NCBI GenBank assembly: GCA_003116855.1
Contig: BEWT01000016.1
Coordinates: 28,183-52,182 of the forward strand
Direction of reading: 5' to 3'
From: Desulfurococcaceae archaeon AG1
GTDB taxonomy: Archaea; Thermoproteota; Thermoprotei_A; Sulfolobales; AG1
DNA length: 24,000 bases
Made by a program: the position numbers and the translations under genes. This document shows, in pieces, positions 1 to 8,728 of the stretch. The notes beneath the pieces were generated by a model that saw nothing but the letters and a program-made list of their open reading frames with translations, was not told the DNA's origin and did no database searches. The stretch's first letter is position 1, and each line of letters begins with the position of its first letter.

Positions 1-7
1 AGCATCG

Positions 8-667
8 GTGGTAGGGTTAGGATTGAAGAATAGAAAACCGATTGTGATCGCATCACTACCAATAAGATCGCCTCAAGATCTTTTGAAGATCGGGATTGCT
101 GATGACGCAGATCTTGTAGAGGTTAGGCTTGACTACATGGATAATCCCCTATCGATAGAACCAGATCTGCTGGCAAGATTTAGGGATAGAATCATTGTCA
201 CTATAAGAGATAGATCCGAGGGGGGCTTGAGAGAGGTTGACGAACACCTCAAAGCTGAGTATCTTAGCAGACTTGATAAACTCGGCTTACTATACGATGT
301 CGAGATATCTTTCGTTGAGAAACATAGAATCCCGTACGATGGGAAGATCCTCTCGATCCATTACATATCTAGACTACCAACAAAAGAGGAAATTATATCG
401 AGAATAAACGTTTATGCAGAAAAAGCATTCGTTATAAAAATAGCTGTCAATAATATGAAGGGCTATAAAGAGCTCTTAGCATCTCTCCTAGAGGCTGGGT
501 ATGATAATATAGCTGTGATGCCAATGGGCTCAGATCCTCTGGAAAGAATAGCACTAACCCTCATGGGATCAAAACTCATTTATGGATATATAGAAACCCC
601 AACAGCCCCAGGACAGATGCACTATAAAGAGATCCTGAGGATCTTTAGGTGTATCTATGGATCCTAA
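8..667 (+). CDS. aroD: 3-dehydroquinate dehydratase, type I (shikimate pathway)
   Basis: The 219-aa ORF has the size and motifs of type I DHQase: VEVRLDY near the N-terminus, SIHY (catalytic His region) and VIKIAV (Schiff-base Lys region). The annotated start is GTG at 8. The frame stays open to the window edge, so the 5' end could lie upstream. Confidence 0.8.
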   Translation: MVGLGLKNRKPIVIASLPIRSPQDLLKIGIADDADLVEVRLDYMDNPLSIEPDLLARFRDRIIVTIRDRSEGGLREVDEHLKAEYLSRLDKLGLLYDVEISFVEKHRIPYDGKILSIHYISRLPTKEEIISRINVYAEKAFVIKIAVNNMKGYKELLASLLEAGYDNIAVMPMGSDPLERIALTLMGSKLIYGYIETPTAPGQMHYKEILRIFRCIYGS

Positions 668-787
668 GCTCTTTAGAGAGACTCTGCAAAGAACATTTAA
701 CTGCTTATTGTTCTTCTCTAGTCATATCCTCTTTACTTAGAATACTCGATTCGAATACTCCATACTATAACGTACTATCAAGTTAAG

Positions 788-818
788 GTTTATAAAGCCT
801 TCCGGCGTTTTTATAAAC
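788..818. terminator. Hairpin with T5 run between convergent aroD and acyl-CoA synthetase genes
   Basis: GTTTATAAA (788-796) pairs with TTTATAAAC (810-818). The loop contains GCC/GGC, and a TTTTT run sits at 808-812. The element lies in the 254-bp convergent spacer. On the minus strand a T-rich run (TTTCTTTTTAA) directly follows the synthetase stop at 922. Confidence 0.3.
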
Positions 819-921
819 ACCGAGCTTTAGAGATTCGCGATCTGGCTCTACATATTAAAGGTTAGGGAAGTTAGAATTAAGATCCATTAAAAAGAAATAC
901 CTAAGATCGGAGTTTGACCTT

Positions 922-2673
922 TCATTCCTGTTTCTGTAATTTCTTTAACTCTTCATCTCTAAGTACTCTTCTTAAGATCTTACCTACAGGGCTCTTGGGA
1001 AGATCTCCTCGGAACTCGATGGATTTAGGTCTCTTATAAGGTGCTAGCTTATCTTCAACCCATTTTAACAGATCATCCTCCCTGATCTTACCAATACAAG
1101 CATCCTTCAATACAACAAAAGCCTTCGGGATCTCCCCAACATCAGGACTTGGTATCCCTACCACTGCTGCTTCTTTAACACACTCGTTGGAGAGAAGCAC
1201 CTCCTCTATCTCCCTCGGATATACTGAGTAGCCCTTATACTTGATCATATCCTTCTTCCTATCAAGAACATAGAAATAGCCCTCCTCATCCATATACCCA
1301 ATATCGCCTGTTCTGAACCATCTGAGACCATGCGCGGTAAAGAAAGCCAGCCTGTTCTCCTCCTCAACATTATAGCCCTTCATAACCTGTGGCCCGGAGA
1401 TAACTATCTCCCCAATACTCCCTGGCGGTAGTAGTACAGGTTTCTCAAGATCTGCTATCGCTGCATATGTATTTGGTATCGGTATACCAATACTACCAAG
1501 CTTATTCTTACCATAGAGGGGATTAACATGGGTAACTACAGCGGTCTCTGTCAACCCATAGCCCTCTCTAAGAACTGCTCCTGTGAGTTTCTCAAACCTT
1601 CTAGCAACCTCAAGAGGTAGAGGAGCAGCGCCTGAGACACAGAAGAACAGAGTGTTTAACTTGTACTTACCCACCTTGGGGTGATTATTTATAGCGTTAT
1701 ATAGCGTTGGTACGCCATGAAGAACATGGGCTTTATACTTCTCCACAGCCTTCATAAGACCCTCTATATCTGGTCTCGGAAAAACTATCACAGTACCTCC
1801 ATCATATACTGCATAGAACATAACCGTGATAAGACCATAGATATGATACCATGGAAGCAAGCCTATGAATCTTAGAGGACCACTATATCCTCTCTTCTTC
1901 TTGATCACGTTGTAGAGAGGCTCTAGCTGCTGGAGGTTTGCAGATATATTTGCATGGAGTATCATAGCCCCTTTAGGTGTTCCTGTGGTTCCCCCGGTGT
2001 ACATGAGTGCTGCAAGATCCTCTGACGGATCTATCTTCTCTCTAAACGATGATGGACTATGCGATTTGATGAGATCCATATAACTGAGAACGGTATCACT
2101 ATAGCTTATTTTAGGTGGTTTAAGTTTCATCCTGGCAAGAGGCCTCAGTATGGGACTCATATAATCCTCTATACCGGAAACAATAACCCTTTCAACCTTA
2201 ACGTCTTTCAACGCTTGTTCAGCATTCTTATAGATCACGTTAGAGGTCACCAGGATCTTTGAGCCGGACGATTTCAGATGATAGGCTATCTCTCTAGGGG
2301 TATATAGAGGATTCATTGGCGAAACGACAGCACCTACTTTTAGTGCTGCGAAGAAGGTTACGGTGTATGCAGGATTGTTAGGCATATGGAGTGCGATAAC
2401 ATCTCCCTTCCCAACACCGAGCTCCTTGAATGCTTTAGCAAGCCTATCACTATGATCTCCAAGAGTCCTATAGCTTATCCTCCTCCCGAAAAAGATCTGA
2501 GCCTCTCTATCAGGATACTCCTTAACAGCCTTATCAAGGATCTCGTAGAGCGGGAATGGTCTTATCTCTACATCTATAGGCACTCCTTCATCATAATTTT
2601 TAGCCCAGATCCTGCTTGCTATGTATTTCTCAAACACCTCCTGCGAGGTCATAGCCTGAGCAGAGCTCTCCAA
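922..2673 (-). CDS. AMP-forming acyl-CoA synthetase (medium/long-chain fatty-acid--CoA ligase family)
   Basis: The 583-aa ORF carries the AMP-binding signature YTGGTTGTPKG, the GYGLTE motif, and TGD...YFYVLDRKKDMIKYKG near the C-terminus. The longest ORF starts at TTG 2673. An in-frame ATG at 2652 (MTSQEVF...) is the more likely start. Confidence 0.9.
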   Translation of the reverse strand: MESSAQAMTSQEVFEKYIASRIWAKNYDEGVPIDVEIRPFPLYEILDKAVKEYPDREAQIFFGRRISYRTLGDHSDRLAKAFKELGVGKGDVIALHMPNNPAYTVTFFAALKVGAVVSPMNPLYTPREIAYHLKSSGSKILVTSNVIYKNAEQALKDVKVERVIVSGIEDYMSPILRPLARMKLKPPKISYSDTVLSYMDLIKSHSPSSFREKIDPSEDLAALMYTGGTTGTPKGAMILHANISANLQQLEPLYNVIKKKRGYSGPLRFIGLLPWYHIYGLITVMFYAVYDGGTVIVFPRPDIEGLMKAVEKYKAHVLHGVPTLYNAINNHPKVGKYKLNTLFFCVSGAAPLPLEVARRFEKLTGAVLREGYGLTETAVVTHVNPLYGKNKLGSIGIPIPNTYAAIADLEKPVLLPPGSIGEIVISGPQVMKGYNVEEENRLAFFTAHGLRWFRTGDIGYMDEEGYFYVLDRKKDMIKYKGYSVYPREIEEVLLSNECVKEAAVVGIPSPDVGEIPKAFVVLKDACIGKIREDDLLKWVEDKLAPYKRPKSIEFRGDLPKSPVGKILRRVLRDEELKKLQKQE

Positions 2674-2849
2674 GCCTTATCCCATAGTATTATTGTAAAG
2701 GAGAATTAAAGCTATTATGTTTAGTTGAGCAAAGCAATTAATACTAATCATATTAATAAGCTTATATATGCTATTATTGACCACTTGATTAAGAGTATAT
2801 ATAGTAGAACACATACAAATGGGCTTTTTAGCTTTTGTGAAATGTATAC

Positions 2850-4094
2850 GTGGTGATATACCTGGTTTTCCCCTTTGAAAGCATAGAGGATTTCAACTTA
2901 AGGCTTTCCCCCGAACACGAGATCTTTAGAAAAAGCGTAAGGGAGTTTGCTGAGAAAAAGATAGGACCGCGAGCCCTAGAGATCGATGAGAAGGACGAGA
3001 TCCCTAGAGATCTGTTGGAAGAAATGGCCCAGCAGGGGTATTTCGGTATAGGCATTCCTGAAACATATGGAGGCCAGGGGGAGGATCATACTAGCGTTGT
3101 AATACTAACAGAAGAGATTTCCAGGATCTCCCCAGCGCTAACAGTTGTTCTAGGTACTAATGAGCTCTTCGCCGTACCAATAATACTCTTTGGCTCCGAG
3201 GAACAGAGAAAACGATACCTACCCCCAATAGCAAGGGGCGAAAAGTTCGGGGCCTTTGCTGTAACAGAACCATGTTGTGGATCAGACGTTGCCGGGATCC
3301 AGACTAGGGCTGAGAAGAAGGGGGATAAATGGGTTATAAATGGCAGGAAGGCCTTTATAAGCAATGCCGATCTCGCCGACTATATATTGGTACTTGCCAG
3401 AACTTCGCCGCCTCCCGATAGGAGGTCACGCCATATGGGGCTCACATTCTTTATCGTAGAAAAAGATACCCCTGGCTTTAAGCTTGATCAGAAGTACGAG
3501 AAGATGGGGCTTAGAGGAAGCCATATATATGAGCTATCGCTTGAGAACGTAATAGTACCCGATGAGAATAGGGTTGGGGCAGAGGATCTAGGCTTCCTAA
3601 TAGCTATGGAGACCTTCGATAGAACCAGAATAGGCGTGGCAGCCCAGGCCTTAGGGATAGCCCAAAGGCTTTTTGAAGAGGCAATGAGCTATGTTCATAA
3701 GAGACAAGCATTCGGATACCCATTAGCCTTCTTCCAAGCCGTCCAATTCAGCCTGGTAGAGATACTGGCTAAGCTGATGGCTTCTAGATACTTAACATAC
3801 CTAGCAGCAAAGCTAGCTGACGAGGGTAGAAGAGAGTTCACATTCGTAGCATCGCTAGCCAAGTTCTTTGCTTCGGAAATGGCTGAAGAGATAGCATCGA
3901 GAGTTATAAACCTCCACGGGGGCGTTGGTGTTATAAGAGAAACAGGGATCGAGAGGTTTTTAAGGGATATCAAGATAATACAGATCTACGAGGGTACCAA
4001 TGATATCCAGAGGCTCGTTGCATATAGACAGCTGATAAGGATCCTTAGGGAGAAGAACCTAATACCAGAAGAGGTTGCGAGGCTGGTTGTATGA
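2850..4094 (+). CDS. Acyl-CoA dehydrogenase (FAD-dependent)
   Basis: The 414-aa ORF shows the typical ACAD layout: an N-terminal DFNLRLSPEHE...FRKSVREFAEK, TEPCCGSD, and the C-terminal catalytic-Glu motif IYEGTNDIQR. It has a GTG start (2850 or 2853). Its stop overlaps the next start as ATGA (4091-4094). Confidence 0.9.
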   Translation: MVIYLVFPFESIEDFNLRLSPEHEIFRKSVREFAEKKIGPRALEIDEKDEIPRDLLEEMAQQGYFGIGIPETYGGQGEDHTSVVILTEEISRISPALTVVLGTNELFAVPIILFGSEEQRKRYLPPIARGEKFGAFAVTEPCCGSDVAGIQTRAEKKGDKWVINGRKAFISNADLADYILVLARTSPPPDRRSRHMGLTFFIVEKDTPGFKLDQKYEKMGLRGSHIYELSLENVIVPDENRVGAEDLGFLIAMETFDRTRIGVAAQALGIAQRLFEEAMSYVHKRQAFGYPLAFFQAVQFSLVEILAKLMASRYLTYLAAKLADEGRREFTFVASLAKFFASEMAEEIASRVINLHGGVGVIRETGIERFLRDIKIIQIYEGTNDIQRLVAYRQLIRILREKNLIPEEVARLVV

Positions 4095-5272
4095 GGAAAG
4101 TAGCTATAGTTGGAGTGGGTATAGCGAAGTACGGATATAGATCCGATGCAACCCTAGCAGAGATCGCATTTGAAGCCATAAAAGAAGCCCTCGACGATGC
4201 AAAAATAGATGCCAGAGATATAGATAGCTTTGTAGTGGGCAACACCGGGGTCTGGTCAAGCGAGCCCTTACCAGCAGTCTTGATAGGCGAATACGCAGGA
4301 CTGGTTCCTAAAAACGGCATCAGAGTGGAGGCTGCATGTGCAACTGGGCTGGCTGCTACAAGGACAGCCTATACAATGATAGCCAGCGGTGAGGCTGACA
4401 TAGTGCTTGTCATAGGTGTTGAGAAGATGAGCGAGTCAACAACACCACAGGTTGTTGAGCTAATAGGAAGAGCGGGGAACTATTTCTGGGAGTTTGAGAA
4501 CTTTGGTATGACATTTCCTGGCTACTATGCTATGTATGCAACATCATATATAAAGAGATTCGGTGTTAAGGAGGAGGATCTCTGCGAGATCGCTGTGAAG
4601 AACCATTACTATGGATCTATGAACCCCAAAGCCCACTTCCAGAACAGGATCACTGTGGAGCAGTGCATGTCATCCAGATATATCGCCTGGCCCTTAAAGC
4701 TCTTCGACTCATCCCCCATAACTGATGGAGCAGCAGCATTGATCCTTGCTAGTGAGGATAAAGCAAAGGAGATCACAGACAGTTCCGTGTGGATCAGGGG
4801 CTGGGGTTATGCTAATGGAACCTCTAATCTAAGCAAGAGAAGCGACTATATAGGGCTCGAGGCAACCAGAGTTGCTGCTCAGATGCTCTATAAGAAAGCA
4901 GGGGTAGATCCTTCAAATCCTGCTAAGTATTTTGACGTAGCAAATCTGCATGACGCCTTCACCATAGCAGAGCTCATGGCTCTAAGTGATCTGGGTTTTG
5001 TCAAGAAGGGTGAGGAGCATTTGATAGTAAGGGAGAAACAAACATATATAGGTGGCATCCTGCCAGTGAATCTTGATGGAGGGCTGAAGGCTAAGGGACA
5101 CCCGATAGGTGCGACAGGCGTGGGGATGCTTGTAGATCTAACCAAACAGCTTCAACAGAGAGCTGAGAAAGGGAGACAAGCCCCTATTAAGAGGGGATGG
5201 GCCCTGGCTCATAATGTGGGTGGTACAGGGCATTATGTATTCACAACAATCCTCTCGGTGGATAAGCCATGA
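4091..5272 (+). CDS. Thiolase-family protein, archaeal SCP-x/lipid-transfer type (acetyl-CoA C-acyltransferase-like)
   Basis: The 393-aa ORF has the nucleophilic Cys context VEAACATGLAA, GHPIGATG, and a C-terminal NVGGTG. It overlaps ACAD upstream by ATGA, and the DUF35 gene downstream by ATGA (5269-5272). Confidence 0.85.
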   Translation: MRKVAIVGVGIAKYGYRSDATLAEIAFEAIKEALDDAKIDARDIDSFVVGNTGVWSSEPLPAVLIGEYAGLVPKNGIRVEAACATGLAATRTAYTMIASGEADIVLVIGVEKMSESTTPQVVELIGRAGNYFWEFENFGMTFPGYYAMYATSYIKRFGVKEEDLCEIAVKNHYYGSMNPKAHFQNRITVEQCMSSRYIAWPLKLFDSSPITDGAAALILASEDKAKEITDSSVWIRGWGYANGTSNLSKRSDYIGLEATRVAAQMLYKKAGVDPSNPAKYFDVANLHDAFTIAELMALSDLGFVKKGEEHLIVREKQTYIGGILPVNLDGGLKAKGHPIGATGVGMLVDLTKQLQQRAEKGRQAPIKRGWALAHNVGGTGHYVFTTILSVDKP

Positions 5273-5829
5273 GCGGTGAAAAAACGGTTATAAAGAAACT
5301 ACCGGAATATATAGATAAGATCTCTGAAGAGGCTTTATCGATGATCGATAGATTGACAGCTGAGACAGGGCTCCCAATATATATGGATCCAAAGACGGGG
5401 GCTCCAATGTGGCTCGATGTAAGGGAGCTGAGGTTAAGATACACATTACCTGTGAAGAGCATAGTCGAGTTCTTCGAAGCTTTGAGAAACGGTGTTATGA
5501 AGACCACCAAATGCAAAGAATGCGGCACGATCTACTTCCCACCACAGATCGATTGTCCAAAATGTAGGGTAAGGAACATGGAGTGGATAGAAGTTGAAAA
5601 AGAGGGAGAGCTCGTGACATGGACTGTTATAAACACCAAGCCTCTCACCTTCTCATACCACAATGACTATGTAGTTGGTATTGTGAGGATGCCACAGGGC
5701 TTCAACATACTCGCATGGGTGAGAACCACAGACCCCAGAAAACTTGCCCCAGGTGCCAAGATGAGGCTAAAGATCGGGAGAAGAGAGGATGAGAACTATA
5801 TATCGTACTGGTTCGAACCTGTAGAATAG
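5269..5829 (+). CDS. DUF35-type zinc-ribbon/OB-fold protein (thiolase partner/scaffold)
   Basis: The 186-aa ORF has a C4 ribbon (CKECGTIYFPPQIDCPKC) followed by a beta-rich OB-like C-terminus. The position immediately after, and translationally coupled to, a thiolase is the established archaeal thiolase/DUF35 pairing. Confidence 0.8.
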   Translation: MSGEKTVIKKLPEYIDKISEEALSMIDRLTAETGLPIYMDPKTGAPMWLDVRELRLRYTLPVKSIVEFFEALRNGVMKTTKCKECGTIYFPPQIDCPKCRVRNMEWIEVEKEGELVTWTVINTKPLTFSYHNDYVVGIVRMPQGFNILAWVRTTDPRKLAPGAKMRLKIGRREDENYISYWFEPVE

Positions 5830-5835
5830 TTTTTT
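5830..5835. terminator. T6 run in the 7-bp gap between convergent stop codons (DUF35 gene and taw1)
   Basis: The sequence reads TAG-TTTTTTA-TTA. Oligo-T tracts act as archaeal terminators. Function here is inferred from position only. Confidence 0.25.
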
Positions 5836-5836
5836 A

Positions 5837-6913
5837 TTATTTAGTGATCAAAGCCCCGTATATGCTTTGACCCTCGTATTCATCCTCGCCCTCGTAGTCA
5901 GGATCCCACCAAGAGATCTTTGCATCACCATGTCTAATAACCGGCTTATCGATAAGCGATAGAAGAGCCACTCTTGATGGTTTGCTCTGGGATACAAGCC
6001 TATACCCAGTCTCTTTGGCAAGCTCCTCAGCAAACCTTACAACCTCTTCGTGTGTCGGCATATTCTCTCTAGAGAGCCTCGTTATCGATGTGCCGATATG
6101 CATGTAAGCCTTGATCTCTATAAAGGTAGGCATAGAGATCTCGATAAGCTTTGAGAAGCCCTTAACAGCCTTTTCATCCATATTCCAACCCTTAACAGCT
6201 GTTATCCTTATCACTGTTGGGCATGTGAAGCTTGGAAGCATCTCCAGCGTCTCTAGCGTTAGTCTCCAGGCATTGGCAACTAGAGGGGCTGTGAAGAACT
6301 CATAGCCCTCTTCATCATATGTCTCAAGTGATATGTATAGTTGCGATGGCTCCTCGTCTAGGTTTGCAAGTATATCTGGCCTAACAGCTCTAGTGACAAG
6401 GAATGTTGTGATCCCCCTTCTGTGGTACTCCTTTATAAGCTCTCCTAGCCTCGGATAAAGTGTGTTCTCGCCTGTAAGGCTTATAGCCACGTGTCTTGGA
6501 TTCATAGCCTCTCTTATAACATGAGCCGGAACCCCGTGGGCTTTATAGCCTGAGACGGTTCTCCTATGCTCTATAATCGACATCTCGACAATAAACCTGG
6601 GATCGTCGATACCAACAATGCTCTTCTCATCCCACTCATCAAGCATATCTGTAGGTCTGAGCCTCCAGCAATGCATACAAGCATTCCAGCACCACTGGGT
6701 TGAGACAGACGATTGGATACACCTGTGACTCTCTATCCCGTAGAACTTGCCTTTATAGCAATATTTACCCTCATAAATGGCTTTATGAGTCCACAGGCAT
6801 TTCTTGACAGCCGAGTGGGATCCTATTAAGTGATACTTCTGGGATCTAAGCTTATCATTTATCTCCTTATACGGGTCCCTCACAGCTTGTAGCCTGATCG
6901 TCATAATAGCCAC
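5837..6913 (-). CDS. taw1: tRNA 4-demethylwyosine synthase (radical SAM, TYW1/Taw1)
   Basis: The 358-aa ORF has a radical-SAM Cys triad (CWNACMHC, i.e. CxxxCxxC), extra N-terminal Cys residues (CLWTH, CYKGKFYGIESHRC), and SLTGENTLYPRLGELIKEYHRRGITTFLVT, which is typical of TYW1/Taw1. Start is GTG 6913 or ATG 6904. Confidence 0.8.
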   Translation of the reverse strand: MAIMTIRLQAVRDPYKEINDKLRSQKYHLIGSHSAVKKCLWTHKAIYEGKYCYKGKFYGIESHRCIQSSVSTQWCWNACMHCWRLRPTDMLDEWDEKSIVGIDDPRFIVEMSIIEHRRTVSGYKAHGVPAHVIREAMNPRHVAISLTGENTLYPRLGELIKEYHRRGITTFLVTRAVRPDILANLDEEPSQLYISLETYDEEGYEFFTAPLVANAWRLTLETLEMLPSFTCPTVIRITAVKGWNMDEKAVKGFSKLIEISMPTFIEIKAYMHIGTSITRLSRENMPTHEEVVRFAEELAKETGYRLVSQSKPSRVALLSLIDKPVIRHGDAKISWWDPDYEGEDEYEGQSIYGALITK

Positions 6914-7026
6914 CGCTCTGCAGGCGCTAACTATTAATGCGCATAGAGCCTTAAAAACCAGGAACGAGAAACAAGCAGTAAATGAGAGTTAAGATAAAAA
7001 TACTTACGACCATTATATAGAGGGAG

Positions 7027-7737
7027 ATTCTGAAGGCAGCAATACTTGCTGGCGGTTTTGGTAAGAGGCTAAGACCCCTCACCGATGACAAGCCAAAACC
7101 CCTTATAGAGGTTGCTGGTAAACCGATAATAGCATGGCAGATCGAGTGGTTGAAAAAGCACGGTATAAGAGATCTAGTGATTCTTGTTGGCTATAAAAGG
7201 AACATGGTGATAGACGAGCTGGGCTCTGGGGGGAAATATGGTGCAAGGGTCTCGTATGTCGTGGAAGAAGAGCCTCTAGGGACTGGTGGTGCTTTGAAAA
7301 ATGCTGAGCACATCCTTGGAAAGGAGGATTATTTTCTATTGATAAATGGAGATATAATAACCAACTTAAACCCTCTGGAGCTCGTAGAGGCTCTCGAGAA
7401 AAACCCAAGAGCCGTTGCATCAATAGCCGTGGTACCTCTGAGAAGCCCCTTTGGAGTCGTTAAGGTTGATGAGAATAATATTATTGTAAGTTTTGTTGAG
7501 AAGCCAGTGATCCCCGACTATATGATCAATGCTGGAGTTTATGCCATAAGACCAGAGATCTTCAACTATCTCCCCGAGAAAGGAGATATAGAGAGAACCT
7601 GTTTCCCGAAACTAGCCTCTGAAAAAAGACTCGTTGCCAGGGTATATGGTGGAGAGACGTACTGGAGATCTATAGACACTATAAAGGATATCGAAGAGGT
7701 ATCAAGCGATATAGCTAGTGGAAGACTTATTATATAG
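7027..7737 (+). CDS. Sugar-phosphate nucleotidyltransferase (GlmU/RmlA/ManC-like N-terminal fold); start codon unresolved
   Basis: The frame is open from 7021 and encodes [37 protein letters not shown]..., the canonical GGxGxRLxPLT/PKPL G-loop. The first canonical start is TTG at 7150, downstream of this motif. Downstream motifs include [15 protein letters not shown] and YWRSIDT. My 5' coordinate (ATT 7027 or CTG 7030) is a guess. Confidence 0.8.
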   Translation: MLKAAILAGGFGKRLRPLTDDKPKPLIEVAGKPIIAWQIEWLKKHGIRDLVILVGYKRNMVIDELGSGGKYGARVSYVVEEEPLGTGGALKNAEHILGKEDYFLLINGDIITNLNPLELVEALEKNPRAVASIAVVPLRSPFGVVKVDENNIIVSFVEKPVIPDYMINAGVYAIRPEIFNYLPEKGDIERTCFPKLASEKRLVARVYGGETYWRSIDTIKDIEEVSSDIASGRLII

Positions 7738-7757
7738 AGCGGCAATGGGTGTGTAGA

Positions 7758-8651
7758 ATGTACGATCTTATAGTCCCCTTAAGCGGTGATCCAGGCGTTG
7801 GTAACGCAATAGCATCGCTATTTGGCAGCAGAGTAGTTAAAGTATATACCAAGGATCATCCGGATGGCGAGCTATACCTAAGACTGGGGGAGAGCGTTAA
7901 AGGAGAGGATATCCTTATAGTTCAGTCGATGTACCCCTCGCAAGATAGAAAATTCATAGAGACTCTACTAGCCATAGATGCTGCTAAGAGAGGCGGAGCC
8001 TCCGAAATAGATGTTCTCATAACATATCTAGCATATGCAAGACAGGATAAGGTGTTTCTTGAGGGAGAGCCTGTGTCCGTTAACACTATACTCAAGAGCA
8101 TCATCTATGCTGGCGCCAATAGGATCTATGTGGTTGAGCCCCATTCAGATATACCACTAAATACATTTAGAGAAAACCTAGTAGCAATAGACGGCGTAAC
8201 ACCCCTAGCAAGAAGGTTCGTTGGTGAGAAGGATCTAGTGGTCTTTTCACCAGATATAGGCGGCATAGATCGTGCTGCGAGGCTTTCAAGGGCTCTTGGA
8301 GTAGAGTTCCACTATATAGATAAGAAAAGAGATAGATTCACAGGCGAGGTTTCATCAACGCTCCGAGAGGATATAGATCTCAGTGGGAGAACAGCAGTGA
8401 TCGTGGACGATATAATAAGCACGGGAGGGACTATAGCTAAAGCTATAGAGCTCCTGATAAGGAGAGGATCATCTAAAATCTATGTTGCATGTGTACATGG
8501 CATATTTGTTAAGGGATCTGTAGAACGAATTCTGGGTGCAGGAGCTCATAGGATAGTATGTGGAAAAACTACGAGCCATATGGTGGATCACGTGGAATAT
8601 ATAGATCTCCATGAACATATAGCTGAAGAAATATCGCGCACCAAAAGATGA
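7758..8651 (+). CDS. prs: Ribose-phosphate pyrophosphokinase (PRPP synthetase)
   Basis: The ORF is about 297 aa. It has the PRPP-binding loop AVIVDDIISTGGT plus YLAYARQD and FSPDIGG motifs. I prefer ATG 7758 to GTG 7749. Confidence 0.9.
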   Translation: MYDLIVPLSGDPGVGNAIASLFGSRVVKVYTKDHPDGELYLRLGESVKGEDILIVQSMYPSQDRKFIETLLAIDAAKRGGASEIDVLITYLAYARQDKVFLEGEPVSVNTILKSIIYAGANRIYVVEPHSDIPLNTFRENLVAIDGVTPLARRFVGEKDLVVFSPDIGGIDRAARLSRALGVEFHYIDKKRDRFTGEVSSTLREDIDLSGRTAVIVDDIISTGGTIAKAIELLIRRGSSKIYVACVHGIFVKGSVERILGAGAHRIVCGKTTSHMVDHVEYIDLHEHIAEEISRTKR

Positions 8652-8728
8652 ACGAACATAGTAAAGATCATTAAACAGTTTTACTAAGATCAATAGTAGC
8701 TTACAACAATAAACATGGATGAAGAGAT

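Noticed and set aside
2059-3055. ORFs 2059-2262(+), 2386-2709(+) and 2828-3055(-), overlapping the acyl-CoA synthetase and ACAD genes.
   Set aside because: They are antisense to, or overlap, motif-supported genes, and their sequences are not protein-like.
3086-5528. Minus-strand ORFs 3086-3364, 3695-3973, 4045-4320, 4888-5145 and 5241-5528, within the ACAD/thiolase/DUF35 operon.
   Set aside because: They are shadow ORFs opposite well-supported coding regions.
5848-6305. Two ORFs overlapping taw1: 5848-6033(-), in a different frame on the same strand, and 6111-6305(+), antisense.
   Set aside because: Both overlap a motif-supported gene, and their sequences are not protein-like.
7103-7423. 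A 106-aa minus-strand ORF overlapping the nucleotidyltransferase gene.
   Set aside because: It is antisense to a gene with clear GGxGxR and downstream motifs, and its composition is implausible.
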